Source: an uncultured Gemmatimonadales bacterium | GTDB taxonomy: Bacteria > Gemmatimonadota > Gemmatimonadetes > Longimicrobiales > RSA9 | NCBI GenBank assembly: GCA_963798845.1 | Contig: CAWCUS010000006.1 | Coordinates: 1,088,001 to 1,152,000, forward strand | DNA length: 64,000 bases | Direction of reading: 5' to 3' | In this document: positions 38,056 to 47,803 of the stretch, piece after piece | Position numbering within the stretch: position 1 is the first letter of the stretch | Layout of the letters: every line of letters starts with the position of its first letter | Position numbers and translations under genes: made by a program | The notes under the pieces: model-generated | The model's input: only the letters and a program-made list of their open reading frames with translations | Told to the model about the DNA's origin: nothing | Database searches by the model: none

Positions 38056-39783
38056 ATGGAACCCAGCGCGAAGGACCTGATCGAGCTGATCCGCTCGTCG
38101 GTGATCGGAGCGGACGAGGCCATCGAGACGCCGTACGGCTTCCGCCGAATCACGTACGCCGACTACACGGCGTCGGGGCGGTCGCTCTCCTTCATCGAGG
38201 ACTTCATCCGCCGCGAGGTCCTGCCGCTCTACGCGAACACCCACACGGAGACGTCGGGCACGGGCCGGCAGACCACGCGTTTCCGCGAAGAGGCGAGGCG
38301 GATCATCAAGGACGCATCCGGCGCGGGGCCGGAGGACGTTCTGATCTTCACGGGCTCGGGCGCCACGGGCGCGGTGCACACGCTGCTCGAGGTCCTGAAC
38401 CTCTGCCTCCCCAGCGACCTGGCGTCCCGTTACGATCTGATGGGAGAGATCCCGGAAGCGGACCGGCCCGTGGTCTTCATCGGTCCGTACGAGCACCACA
38501 GCAACGAGCTGCCCTGGCGCGAGTCCATCGCCGACGTGGTGGTGATCCACGAGGACGCGGACGGCCGCATCCACCTGGGCGAGCTGGAGCGCCGGCTGGA
38601 GGAGTTCGCGAGTCGGCCGCTGCGCATCGGCAGCTTCTCCGCCGCGTCGAACGTCACCGGGGTGGTCACCGACGCCGGCGCCGTCTCTCGACTGCTGCAC
38701 CAGCACGGCGCGCTGTCGTTCTGGGACTTCGCCGCCGCCGGGCCGTACCTGGAGGTCGAGATGAACGGCCACGGTGACCCGCTCGACTACAAGGACGCCG
38801 TCTTCCTCTCCCCTCACAAGTTCGTGGGAGGCCCGGGCACGCCCGGGGCGCTTCTCGCCAAGCGTCGCCTGTTCACGAACCGGGTGCCCGGCCGCCCGGG
38901 CGGCGGAACCGTGGACTTCGTGACGGAGAGCTACCACCGCTACATCGACGAGCCGGAGCTGCGCGAGGAGGGCGGAACGCCGGCCATCATCGAGTCGATC
39001 CGCGCCGGGCTGGTGTTCCAGCTGAAGGAGGCGGTGGGGACGACAACGATCCATGCGCTCGAGGACGGCTTCACCCGACGGGCCATCGAGGCGTGGGAGC
39101 GGAACCCGAACCTCGACGTCCTCGGCCCCCACGAAGCGGACCGCCTGGCCATCATCTCGTTCGCCGTACGCTACGCAGGCGGGGGGCACGTACACCACGA
39201 CCTCGTGACCGCCCTGCTGAACGACCTCTTCGGCATCCAGGCGCGCGGCGGCTGCTCGTGCGCCGGACCGTACGGCGCACGGCTGCTCCACATCAATGGG
39301 AAGCAGCTGGACGACCATGTCCGCAAGATCGAGGAAGGGTGTCGCGGCCTCAAGCCGGGCTGGACCCGTGTCGGCTTCAACTATTTCATCTCCCGGGACG
39401 AGGCCGACTTCATCCTCCTCGCCGTGGACTGGGTGGCCACCCACGGCTGGAAGCTGCTGCCCTACTACGACTTCGATGCCGGTACAGGGGAGTGGAGACA
39501 CCGGGACTGGAAGGCGCACGCCCCCATGAGCCTGCACGACGTCCGTTACGACGGCGGGGCCCTCCGCTTCCGATCCCACCACACGCGCGCCGATGAGGGC
39601 GCATTCGAGGATTACTTCCTCGCCGCCGACGAGATCCGTCGCCGTGCCGAGGAGGAGATACCCGACATGGCTTTCGAGCCGGTCAGCCTCGAGCCGGACT
39701 TCGAACGGATGCGCTGGTTCCCGCTGGCCCACGACGTGGTGGAACGGATGCGGGCCGAGCGGGCGACCGCGGCACGCGGGTAG
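38056..39783 (+). CDS. Class V PLP-dependent enzyme (cysteine desulfurase-like)
   Basis: YADYTASG, EHHSN, ASNVTG, SPHKF (PLP Lys), EEGGTP, RGGCSCAG. Confidence 0.9.
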   Translation: MEPSAKDLIELIRSSVIGADEAIETPYGFRRITYADYTASGRSLSFIEDFIRREVLPLYANTHTETSGTGRQTTRFREEARRIIKDASGAGPEDVLIFTGSGATGAVHTLLEVLNLCLPSDLASRYDLMGEIPEADRPVVFIGPYEHHSNELPWRESIADVVVIHEDADGRIHLGELERRLEEFASRPLRIGSFSAASNVTGVVTDAGAVSRLLHQHGALSFWDFAAAGPYLEVEMNGHGDPLDYKDAVFLSPHKFVGGPGTPGALLAKRRLFTNRVPGRPGGGTVDFVTESYHRYIDEPELREEGGTPAIIESIRAGLVFQLKEAVGTTTIHALEDGFTRRAIEAWERNPNLDVLGPHEADRLAIISFAVRYAGGGHVHHDLVTALLNDLFGIQARGGCSCAGPYGARLLHINGKQLDDHVRKIEEGCRGLKPGWTRVGFNYFISRDEADFILLAVDWVATHGWKLLPYYDFDAGTGEWRHRDWKAHAPMSLHDVRYDGGALRFRSHHTRADEGAFEDYFLAADEIRRRAEEEIPDMAFEPVSLEPDFERMRWFPLAHDVVERMRAERATAARG

Positions 39784-39793
39784 GCGCCCGCGG

Positions 39794-39940
39794 CCGTAGA
39801 ACCCGGGCAGCCCGGCCGGCGGCCGAGAACCCGGGGCCCGGCCGCGGCGCGGTAGAACCCGGGCTGCCCGGCCGGCGGCGCCGTAGAACCCGGGCAGCCC
39901 GGCCGGCGGCCGTAGAACCCGGGCAGCCCGGCCGCGGCGC
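39794..39940 (+). repeat. Five tandem ~29-bp units with GTAG plus palindrome (REP-like)
   Basis: Core GTAGAACCCGGGC(A/T)GCCCGGCCG; second copy degenerate; no unique spacers. Confidence 0.85.
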
Positions 39941-39983
39941 CCGGCCAGGCTTCGATCCGGTGTCCGCTGCAAAAAGGACCGAA

Positions 39984-40003
39984 CTGTCCTCGATCGAGGA
40001 CAG
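39984..40003. promoter_or_regulatory. Perfect 20-bp palindrome, candidate activator site
   Basis: CTGTCCTCGATCGAGGACAG is its own reverse complement. Confidence 0.5.
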
Positions 40004-40043
40004 GTTCTGCCGCGTGGCTCCGTGGCGGCGGGCTCGACCTCCG

Positions 40044-40059
40044 TGGCACCGCGCTTGCC
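40044..40059 (+). promoter_or_regulatory. Candidate sigma54 (-24/-12) promoter for the OmpA gene
   Basis: TGGCAC-CGCGC-TTGC with canonical GG-N10-GC spacing, about 50 bp before the ATG. Confidence 0.6.
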
Positions 40060-40110
40060 ACTACAGTGCGGCCGAATCCGATTCTGTCCCCGTGACCGGG
40101 AGTGGTGGAT

Positions 40111-40791
40111 ATGCTCAAGTCGATACGATTGCCACTGGCCGCGGTGGCGCTGGGCGCGGTGCTCGGCACCAGCGCGTGCGCGAGTTGGAACAACAAGGAG
40201 AAGGGCGCCGTGATCGGCGCCGGGACGGGCGCGGCCGTGGGCGCCGTGGTCGGCAACCAGGTCGGCTCGACCGCGAAGGGCGCCATCGTCGGCGCCGCGG
40301 TCGGCGGTGCCGCCGGGGCGATCATCGGTCACCAGATGGACCAGCAGGCGAAGTCCATCGACCAGAACGTCGAGGGAGCGACAGTCTCGCGGGTGGGCGA
40401 GGGAATCGTGGTCACCTTCGACAACGGCATCCTCTTCGATTTCGACAGCTCGAACCTGCGCTCGACGGCCAGAGAGAACCTGGGCGCGCTGGCCGACAAC
40501 CTGAACAAGTACCCGAACACCGATGTGACCATTCTCGGCCACACCGACGCGACGGGCTCGGACTCCTACAACCAGGCGCTCTCGCAGCGTCGCGCGGCAT
40601 CGGCCGCCCAGTATCTTCGCTCCATGGGCGTGGGCGACGACCGGATTTCCACCCGCGGCCTGGGTGAGAGCGACCCCGTCGCCTCCAATGACAGCGCCGA
40701 GGGCCGGCAGCTGAACCGCCGCGTCGAGGTGGTCATTTACGCCGACGAGGCGTGGCGCAACGACCTGCAGCGGCAGAACCCCGGCCGGTAG
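40111..40791 (+). CDS. OmpA-family lipoprotein with glycine zipper (YiaD-like)
   Basis: Lipobox-like TSAC, GAxxGA repeats, ILFDFDS, GHTD..YNQALSQRRA, NRRVE. Confidence 0.93.
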   Translation: MLKSIRLPLAAVALGAVLGTSACASWNNKEKGAVIGAGTGAAVGAVVGNQVGSTAKGAIVGAAVGGAAGAIIGHQMDQQAKSIDQNVEGATVSRVGEGIVVTFDNGILFDFDSSNLRSTARENLGALADNLNKYPNTDVTILGHTDATGSDSYNQALSQRRAASAAQYLRSMGVGDDRISTRGLGESDPVASNDSAEGRQLNRRVEVVIYADEAWRNDLQRQNPGR

Positions 40792-40813
40792 CGCGCATCA
40801 CAGCCGGAACCCA

Positions 40814-40851
40814 CGGGCCCGGACGGCGGGATGATCCGCCGTCCGGGCCCG
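40814..40851 (+). terminator. Hairpin downstream of the OmpA gene
   Basis: Perfect 16-bp stem CGGGCCCGGACGGCGG/CCGCCGTCCGGGCCCG, 6-nt loop; no U-tract. Confidence 0.6.
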
Positions 40852-40924
40852 CGTGCATTGCGGCGCCCGGTCGGGCGGTCAGGGTCGCGGCGGCCGGCGC
40901 GGCGGGTGCGGTTCTGACGGTTCG

Positions 40925-40960
40925 TTCGGTCTTGACCGAATTTAGTGCGCCCATTAGGGT
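40925..40960 (+). promoter_or_regulatory. Sigma70 promoter with overlapping operator for the efflux operon
   Basis: TTGACC(40932)-N17-TAGGGT(40955); inverted repeat TTCGGTC-TT-GACCGAA (40925-40940) covers the -35. Confidence 0.7.
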
Positions 40961-40978
40961 TGGAGGCCCGTTCGCGGG

Positions 40979-41152
40979 GGGCAGGCGTGGTGTGCCCGAG
41001 GGGCAGGCGTGGTGTGCCCGGGGGACAGGCGTGGTGTGCCCGAGGGGCAGGCGTGGTGTGCGGCGGGGGGCAGGCGTGGTGTGCCCGAGGGGCAGGCGTG
41101 GTGTGGCGGGGGCAGGCGGGTGTGGCCCGGGGGTCAGGCCTGGTGTGCCCGG
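40979..41152 (+). repeat. About eight tandem 22-bp G-rich units (VNTR-like)
   Basis: Consensus GGGCAGGCGTGGTGTGCCCGAG, last copies degenerate. Confidence 0.9.
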
Positions 41153-41304
41153 GCGGATGGAGGTGTGACCGGGGGCGGCGGCGGGCGGGCGTACGAGCCG
41201 GGTGACGGATTCACTCGAGGTGGAGAGAGTTCGGTCCAGGTGGAGAGAGATCGCGGGTGAGGAGTGGCAGCACGGGACAGAGCGAGCGTCGCGGAGGCGA
41301 GGAA

Positions 41305-41799
41305 TTGGGCGGAGCGAAGGAGATCGTCGAGCGGACGGGGCTGAAGTTCGAGGCGGATGGGCTGCCTCGGATCGCGGGCCGGATCCTTGGATACCTGCTG
41401 CTGGCGCCGGAGCCGAAGTCGCTGGACGCGCTTGCGGGCGAGCTGCTCGTGAGCAAGACGAGCGCGAGCACGAACGCGCGTCTGCTGGAGAGAGCGGGCG
41501 TGGTGGAGCGGGCGTCGCGGCCGGGGGATCGAAGGGACTACTACCGGATCACGGAGGACCTGCACGCGCGTCTGCTGGACGTGCGTCTGCGGCAGCTGCA
41601 GGACACGCGGGACCTGCTGGCGGACGCGCTGGAGGTGGTTTCGGGGGACGACCCGGTGGTGGAGGCGCGGCTGCGCACGTGGGTAGCGTTCCACACGCAC
41701 ATGGTGGAAGCGGTGTCGGAGGCGTCGCGGGAGTGGCGAGAGAGGTACGCGAACGAGGACGCGCCGGGCCGGGGGGCGGCCGGGGGCGGAAAGGCATAG
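41305..41799 (+). CDS. GbsR/MarR-family transcriptional regulator
   Basis: GLPRIAGRILGYLLL, SLDALAGELLVSKTSASTN, PGDRRDYY; TTG start with RBS (alternative GTG 41257). Confidence 0.88.
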   Translation: MGGAKEIVERTGLKFEADGLPRIAGRILGYLLLAPEPKSLDALAGELLVSKTSASTNARLLERAGVVERASRPGDRRDYYRITEDLHARLLDVRLRQLQDTRDLLADALEVVSGDDPVVEARLRTWVAFHTHMVEAVSEASREWRERYANEDAPGRGAAGGGKA

Positions 41800-41804
41800 A
41801 GGCA

Positions 41805-43301
41805 ATGGCAAGGAAGTGGGTGTGGGTGGCCCTGGCGCTGCTGGGCGTTTCCGGCCCGGTGGCGGCGCAGGAGGCGGCGGCAGGGTCGTCGCCGGATACG
41901 GCACAGGGGGCGGTGGCGCTGAGCGTGGCCGAGGCGGTGTCTCTGGCGCTGGACCGCAGCGAAGAGGTGGGGGTGGCGCGGGCGCGGCTCACGGGCGCCC
42001 AGGCGCAGGCGCGGAAGTCGTGGGCGGCGGCGCTGCCGCAGGTGAGCGCGCAGCTCGGCTACACGAAGACGCTGCGCTCGGTGTTCCAGAACGTAGGCGG
42101 GGGCTTCACGCTGCCGGACAGCCTCAAGTTCGACCCGAACCCCAACGCGCCGCTGGAGCAGCGGGTCAGCTACCTGGAGGACAAGGTCCCATCGGCTGCG
42201 TTCGGCGCGCTGGGCCAGCTCTTCAGCGGACTCCCGTTCGGGAACGAGAACACGTGGCTGGCGGGGCTGAGCTTCTCGCAGCCGCTGTTCACGGGGGGGC
42301 GGGTGCGCTCGGAGATCCAGCTGGCGCACTACAACGAGGACGCGGCGGAGGCGACGTACGAGGAGGCTGCCGGGGACATCGTGCTGCAGGTCAAGCAGGC
42401 GTACTACGACGCTGCCCTGGCGCGTTCGGCGGTGGAGATCGTGGAATCGAGCGTGAAGCTGGCGCAGGAGCACCGGAACGACGTGCAGCTGCGCTACGAG
42501 GCTGGTCGGGAATCGGAACTGGACGTGATGCGGGCCGAGGTGGAGCTGCAGAACCTGCGGCCGCAGCTGGTGCAGGCGAAGAACGCGGTGGAGCTGTCCA
42601 CCCTGAACCTGAAGCGGCTGGTCAACATCCCGCTGGACGCGGACATCGCGCTCACCACGTCGATCGTCCCGTCCGGGGGCGCCGAGGCGTTCGACTCGGG
42701 GCTTCCGGGGCTGGACGCGGCTGCGGAGCAGCTGAAGCAGAGGGCGTCGGTGCGGGCCGGGGAGGCGCAGGTCGCGATCCGAGAGGAGCAGGTGGACATG
42801 GCGCGCGCGGCGTACTTCCCCACTGTATCTCTGACGGGGAACCTGTCGCGGCAGGCGTACCCGACCACGCTGCGGTTCCCGAGCGGGGGCGACTGGCGGG
42901 ACGACTGGACGGTGGGCTTTTCGATCCAGTGGCCGGTGTTCGCGGCGCTCCGGGACGCGCAGGTGGATGCGGCGAAGGCGCAGGCGAAGGAAGCGGAGCT
43001 GCAGCAGAAGCAGCTGGTCGAAGGCGTGCAGGTGCAGTACCAGCAGGCGCTCGGCGAGCTGGAGCGGTCGCGTGCGCAGATCGAAGCCGCGCGACGCACG
43101 GTGGCGCAGGCGGAGAAGGTGTACGAGCTGACGGAGATGCGGTTCCGCGAGGGGCTGGCGACGCAGCTGGAGGTCTCCCAGGCGCGGCTGTCGCTGCAGC
43201 AGGCGCGCCTGAACGACGTGCAGGCGTATCACGATGCCTATGTGGCCCTGGCCCAGGCGCAGCGGGCGCTGGGCACGGGCGTGGAGCTGGTGGAGCGATG
43301 A
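41805..43301 (+). CDS. TolC-family outer-membrane efflux protein
   Basis: Signal peptide, QPLFTGG, VKQAYY, RYEAG, RFREGLATQLE. Confidence 0.9.
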   Translation: MARKWVWVALALLGVSGPVAAQEAAAGSSPDTAQGAVALSVAEAVSLALDRSEEVGVARARLTGAQAQARKSWAAALPQVSAQLGYTKTLRSVFQNVGGGFTLPDSLKFDPNPNAPLEQRVSYLEDKVPSAAFGALGQLFSGLPFGNENTWLAGLSFSQPLFTGGRVRSEIQLAHYNEDAAEATYEEAAGDIVLQVKQAYYDAALARSAVEIVESSVKLAQEHRNDVQLRYEAGRESELDVMRAEVELQNLRPQLVQAKNAVELSTLNLKRLVNIPLDADIALTTSIVPSGGAEAFDSGLPGLDAAAEQLKQRASVRAGEAQVAIREEQVDMARAAYFPTVSLTGNLSRQAYPTTLRFPSGGDWRDDWTVGFSIQWPVFAALRDAQVDAAKAQAKEAELQQKQLVEGVQVQYQQALGELERSRAQIEAARRTVAQAEKVYELTEMRFREGLATQLEVSQARLSLQQARLNDVQAYHDAYVALAQAQRALGTGVELVER

Positions 43302-44473
43302 CCGGACGGGGCGATCACGGACTGGGACGTGAGATGAAGCGAGCGATGAGGGTGAAGATCCACGCCGGCGTGGCGCTGGCCGCGCTCCTGTCAGGGGCGG
43401 CAGCGTGCGGCGGGAACCGGGGCGCGGAGGCGGAGGGCGGCGGCCAGGAGACGGTCGTGGCGTTGTCGGCGGAGGACGTGGCGACCGTACGGACGGACAC
43501 GTTTCAGACCGGCGTGGTGGTCAGCGGCACGCTGGAGCCATACCGGGACGTGGAAGTGCGGGCGCAGGTGCCCGGCACGGTGATGGACCTGCGGGTGGAT
43601 CGCGGAGACGCGGTGCGTGCGGGCCAGCCTCTGGCGCGTATCGAGGCGGCGGGGATCCGGGGCGCGGCCGCGAGTGCGAGGGCCGGCGTGGCTTCGGCGG
43701 AGGCGCAGGTGGCGCTGGCGCGTCGCCAGCTCGATTCCTCGCAGAAGCTGCACGACGCCGGGGCGCTCTCGGATCTGGAGTACCAGCAGGCGCAGGCGGC
43801 GTTCGAGGCGGCGCAGGCCCAGCTGGCGGCGGCGAAGGCGCAGGCAGCGGGCGCGAACGAGTCCGCCCGCCGCGCCACGGTGACGGCGCCGATCTCCGGC
43901 GAGGTGAGCGAGCGCACGGTGAACGAGGGCGAGGCCGTGAACCCCGGCCAGGCCTTGCTGAGCATCGTGGACGCGACGCAGCTGGAGCTGGCCGGGCAGG
44001 TGGGGGTGGACGAGGCGCTGGAGATCCACCCCGGGATGACCGTGGTCTTCCAGGTGGCGGCGTTCCCAGGGCGCACCTTCGAGGGGAAGGTGGCGCGGGT
44101 CGAGCCGACGGCCGACCGTACCACGCGACAGGTGGGGGTGTACGCGCGGCTGCCCAACGAGAGCCGCAGCCTGGTGGGCGGTGTGTACGCCACGGGACGG
44201 ATCCTGACGGGCGGCAGCGAGCTGGCGGCGGTGGTTCCCACGGGCGCGGTGCGCGGTGAGGGAGCCGAGCAGTACGTGTACGTGATTCGCGATGGCGTAG
44301 CGGTGCGCCAGCCCGTGGTGGTGGGCGGCACGGACGTCGCGGCCGGCACCACGGAGATCACCCAGGGGCTGCAGGATGGTGAGACTGTGATCGTGAGCCC
44401 GGGCGAGATCCGGGATGGAGAGGCGGTGCGGATCGGCGAGGCGAAGCCGCCGGTGGCCGAGGAGGAGCAGTAG
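43298..44473 (+). CDS. RND periplasmic adaptor (membrane fusion protein); start may be 43334
   Basis: Lipobox AAAC, V..GDAVRAGQPL, alpha-hairpin, TAPISG, VPTGAV. Confidence 0.9.
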   Translation: MTGRGDHGLGREMKRAMRVKIHAGVALAALLSGAAACGGNRGAEAEGGGQETVVALSAEDVATVRTDTFQTGVVVSGTLEPYRDVEVRAQVPGTVMDLRVDRGDAVRAGQPLARIEAAGIRGAAASARAGVASAEAQVALARRQLDSSQKLHDAGALSDLEYQQAQAAFEAAQAQLAAAKAQAAGANESARRATVTAPISGEVSERTVNEGEAVNPGQALLSIVDATQLELAGQVGVDEALEIHPGMTVVFQVAAFPGRTFEGKVARVEPTADRTTRQVGVYARLPNESRSLVGGVYATGRILTGGSELAAVVPTGAVRGEGAEQYVYVIRDGVAVRQPVVVGGTDVAAGTTEITQGLQDGETVIVSPGEIRDGEAVRIGEAKPPVAEEEQ

Positions 44474-44474
44474 C

Positions 44475-47400
44475 ATGGCGCACGAGTCGCGGAAATCGCC
44501 GGAAGCGGGGGCCCAGCGCGGGGAGGCGCGGAGCTCGGGCGGTGGCGGTCTGAGCGGGATCGCCATCCGGCGACCGGTATTCACCAGCATGATGGTGTTG
44601 GGGCTGGTGGTGCTCGGGATCTTCAGCTTCCGGAAGCTGGCGATCGACCAGTTCCCGAACATCGACATCCCGATCGTCGTGGTGCAATCCGTCTACCCGG
44701 GCGCGAGCCCGGAGGCGGTGGAACGGGAGGTGACGCGGCGGCTGGAGGAAGCGTTCAACCCGGTTCAGGGGGTGGACCGGATCACGTCCGTGTCGCTGGA
44801 GGGCGTGAGCCAGATCATCATCGAGTTCGACCTGGACCGGAAGGCGGAGCAGGCGGCGCAGGACGTCCGCGCGAAGATCGACGGCGTGCGGAGGTCGCTC
44901 CCGACGGAGCTGGAGCCGCCGGTGGTGCAGACGTTCGACCCCTCGGCCCAGCCGATCCTGTCGCTGGCGCTGTCGTCGAGCCGGCTGAGCGCGGCGGAGC
45001 TGACCCGGCTGGCGGACGAGGACATGCGCCGGCGCCTGGAAGCCGTCTCGGGCGTGGGGCAGGTGCAGATCGCGGGTGGGCTCGCCCGTGAGATCCGCAT
45101 CAACCTGAACAGCGAGGCGATGCAGTCGCTGGGCGTCTCCGCCAACGAGGTCATGGGCGCCCTCCAGCGCCAGAACGTGGAAGTGCCGGCGGGGCGCCTG
45201 GAACGCGGAACGCGCGAGCAGCTCGTCCGGGTCACGGGCCGGATCACGGATCCCGCGCAGTTCGCCGACATCATCCTGGCCACGCGGCAGGGGCAGCCGG
45301 TGCGCCTCGGCCAGGTGGCGACCGTGCGGGACGCCACCGAGGAGGAGCGCTCGCTGGCGTTCGTGAACGGCGAACGCGCCGTCGCCCTCGACATCCTCAA
45401 GGTCTCGGGGGCCAACACGGTGCGCGTCGCCGAGGACGTGAAGGCGGAGCTCGAGCGGATGAAGCCGACGCTCCCGGCCAACACGCGGGTGCGGATCGTC
45501 CGGGACAATTCCGAGTCGATCCGGGCCATGGTGAACGACGTCATCCACGAGCTGCTGCTGGGGGCGCTGCTCACCGTTCTCGTGGTCATGCTCTTCCTGA
45601 ACGACTGGAAGGCGACGGCCATCACGTCGCTCGCGCTCCCGGTCTCGGTCATCTCCGCCTTCATCCTGATGAACGCGCTCGGCTTCACGCTCAACATGAT
45701 CACCCTCATGGCGCTGTCGCTCTCGATCGGGATCCTGATCGATGACGCCATCGTGGTGATCGAGAACATCGTGCGGCACCGCGAGCTGGGGGAGAACCAT
45801 TTCAACGCGGCGAAGTGGGGGACGAAGGAGATCTTCCTGGCGGTGATGGCCACCACGCTGACCATCGTGGCCGTGTTCGTCCCGGTGGCGTTCATGGGCG
45901 GGATCGTGGGCCGCTTCTTCTACCAGTTCGGACTCACGGTCACGTTCGCGGTGCTGGTCTCGCTCTTCGTCTCCTTCACGCTGACGCCCATGCTGTCGGC
46001 GTGGTGGGGCGTCGAACCGCACCAGGAGGCGAAGGGGGTCTGGCGTGTGGTGACCCGGCCCGTCGTCGTCTTCAACGCCTGGTTCGATCGCCAGGCGGAC
46101 CGCTACCGCGGCGTCATCGGCTGGGCGCTCCGGCACCGCTACGCCACCGTGGGGATCGCGACGGCCGCATTCATCGGCTCGTTCATGCTGTTCCCGTTCA
46201 TTGGCGGCGGCTTCATGCCGGATTCCGACAACAGCGAGTTCGCCGTCACGTTCGAGACGCCCGAGGGGTCGTCCATCGACTACACGCGGCGGAAATCCGA
46301 GCAGCTGAGCGAGCTGCTCCGCTCGATCGACGGGGTGGACTACACCTACACCACCGTGGGGAGCGGAGCCACCGGCACCGTCACCTCGGGGCAGGTCTAC
46401 GTGGCGCTGAAGCCGCGCTCGGAGCGCGACCGCTCACAGGACGAGCTCATGGTCGCGGCCCGCGAGGGGATGGCGGGGCTCTACGGCATGAAGACGGCGG
46501 TGGTCGACGCCGGTGGCATGGGCGGCGCGCAGCAGCCGATCCAGGTGAACGTGCGGGGCCCCGCGGTCGCCATGCTCCAGCAGCTGTCGGACAGCCTGGC
46601 CGGGCGCATGGAGCAGATCCCGGGCGTGGTGGACGTGCAGACGTCCATGGGCGAGCCGCGACCGGAGTTCAGGGTGGACGTGAACCGGGACGTCGCGAAC
46701 AAGCTCGAGCTCGACGTGGGCCAGGTGTCTGCCACCGTGCGGCCGCTGCTCGCCGGCCAGACGGCCACGACGTGGGAAGATCCAAGCGGTGAGCTGCGGG
46801 ACGTGGTCGTCCAGGTGGCGCCGTCCGAGCGGGCGTCGCTCGAGGACCTGCTCACGCTCCCCATCGCGACATCGGTGCACCAGGATGGCGGCTCGTCGGT
46901 GACCGTGCCGCTGGGGCAGGTCGCCACGATCCGTCGCGGGACGGCTCCGGCCGAGATCGACCGACAGGACCTGCAGCGCGTGGCCACGGTCTCGGCCGGC
47001 GTGGCGCCGGACCTGTCCGTGGCCGAGGCGTCCTCGGCGATCCGGCAGGCCATTTCCGGGATGGACCTGCCGCCGGGCTACTCCGCGCAGTTCGGCGGCG
47101 AGACGGAAGCGCTCCAGGAGACGGTCGGGTACGTGATCGAGGCGCTCGTCCTCGCCATCATCCTCATCTTCCTGATCCTGGCGAGCCAGTTCGAGAGCTA
47201 CACGCAGCCGCTCGCCATCATGGTCAGCCTGCCGCTCTCGCTCATCGGCGTGCTGCTGGCGCTCCTGATCACGAACAGCACCCTGAACATGATGTCCATG
47301 ATCGGCGTGATCATGCTCATGGGCCTCGTGACCAAGAACGCCATCCTCCTGGTGGACAACGCGAACGAGCGACGCACGCTGGGCAGGGACAGGCGCACCG

Positions 47401-47729
47401 CGCTCATCGAGGCCGGCCGCGTCCGGCTCCGACCGATCATGATGACCACCGCGGCCATGATCTTCGGGATGCTCCCCATCGCGCTGGGAATCGGCGAAGG
47501 CGGCGGCTTCCGCGCGCCCATGGCGCGGGCAGTGATCGGCGGGCTGATCACGTCCACCATGCTCACGCTCGTCGTCGTACCCGTGGCCTACACGTTCATG
47601 GACGACTTCGGCACATGGATGAAGCACCGCTTCGTCACCGCGGAGAAGGAGCACGCCATCCAGGAGGAGCTGGAGCAGTCGGGGCTCAGGCCCGAGCCCG
47701 TGTGGGGTGAGACGGGCGCCACGGCCTGA
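44475..47729 (+). CDS. RND efflux permease (AcrB/AcrD/AcrF family)
   Basis: IRRPV, YPGASPE, GILIDDAIVVIEN, GLVTKNAILLVD, RLRPIMMTT. Confidence 0.95.
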   Translation: MAHESRKSPEAGAQRGEARSSGGGGLSGIAIRRPVFTSMMVLGLVVLGIFSFRKLAIDQFPNIDIPIVVVQSVYPGASPEAVEREVTRRLEEAFNPVQGVDRITSVSLEGVSQIIIEFDLDRKAEQAAQDVRAKIDGVRRSLPTELEPPVVQTFDPSAQPILSLALSSSRLSAAELTRLADEDMRRRLEAVSGVGQVQIAGGLAREIRINLNSEAMQSLGVSANEVMGALQRQNVEVPAGRLERGTREQLVRVTGRITDPAQFADIILATRQGQPVRLGQVATVRDATEEERSLAFVNGERAVALDILKVSGANTVRVAEDVKAELERMKPTLPANTRVRIVRDNSESIRAMVNDVIHELLLGALLTVLVVMLFLNDWKATAITSLALPVSVISAFILMNALGFTLNMITLMALSLSIGILIDDAIVVIENIVRHRELGENHFNAAKWGTKEIFLAVMATTLTIVAVFVPVAFMGGIVGRFFYQFGLTVTFAVLVSLFVSFTLTPMLSAWWGVEPHQEAKGVWRVVTRPVVVFNAWFDRQADRYRGVIGWALRHRYATVGIATAAFIGSFMLFPFIGGGFMPDSDNSEFAVTFETPEGSSIDYTRRKSEQLSELLRSIDGVDYTYTTVGSGATGTVTSGQVYVALKPRSERDRSQDELMVAAREGMAGLYGMKTAVVDAGGMGGAQQPIQVNVRGPAVAMLQQLSDSLAGRMEQIPGVVDVQTSMGEPRPEFRVDVNRDVANKLELDVGQVSATVRPLLAGQTATTWEDPSGELRDVVVQVAPSERASLEDLLTLPIATSVHQDGGSSVTVPLGQVATIRRGTAPAEIDRQDLQRVATVSAGVAPDLSVAEASSAIRQAISGMDLPPGYSAQFGGETEALQETVGYVIEALVLAIILIFLILASQFESYTQPLAIMVSLPLSLIGVLLALLITNSTLNMMSMIGVIMLMGLVTKNAILLVDNANERRTLGRDRRTALIEAGRVRLRPIMMTTAAMIFGMLPIALGIGEGGGFRAPMARAVIGGLITSTMLTLVVVPVAYTFMDDFGTWMKHRFVTAEKEHAIQEELEQSGLRPEPVWGETGATA

Positions 47730-47736
47730 CCCGACG

Positions 47737-47803
47737 GAGCCGCGGAGGACGGCCGGCCGGCGGAGCGCGTCTCGGCTCCGGGTGACTGCCGCCTCCGCGG
47801 CTC
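47737..47803. terminator. Long inverted repeat between convergent genes
   Basis: GAGCCGCGGAGG ... CCTCCGCGGCTC 12-bp arms. Confidence 0.45.

Noticed and set aside
39794..41152. CRISPR interpretation of the two repeat arrays
   Set aside because: Units are contiguous with no unique spacers, and there are no cas genes.
40752..41260. Short ORFs with repeated Cys/Trp motifs (GVVCPRGRR, QAWCARG)
   Set aside because: Translations of the 22-bp repeat, whose period is not a multiple of 3.
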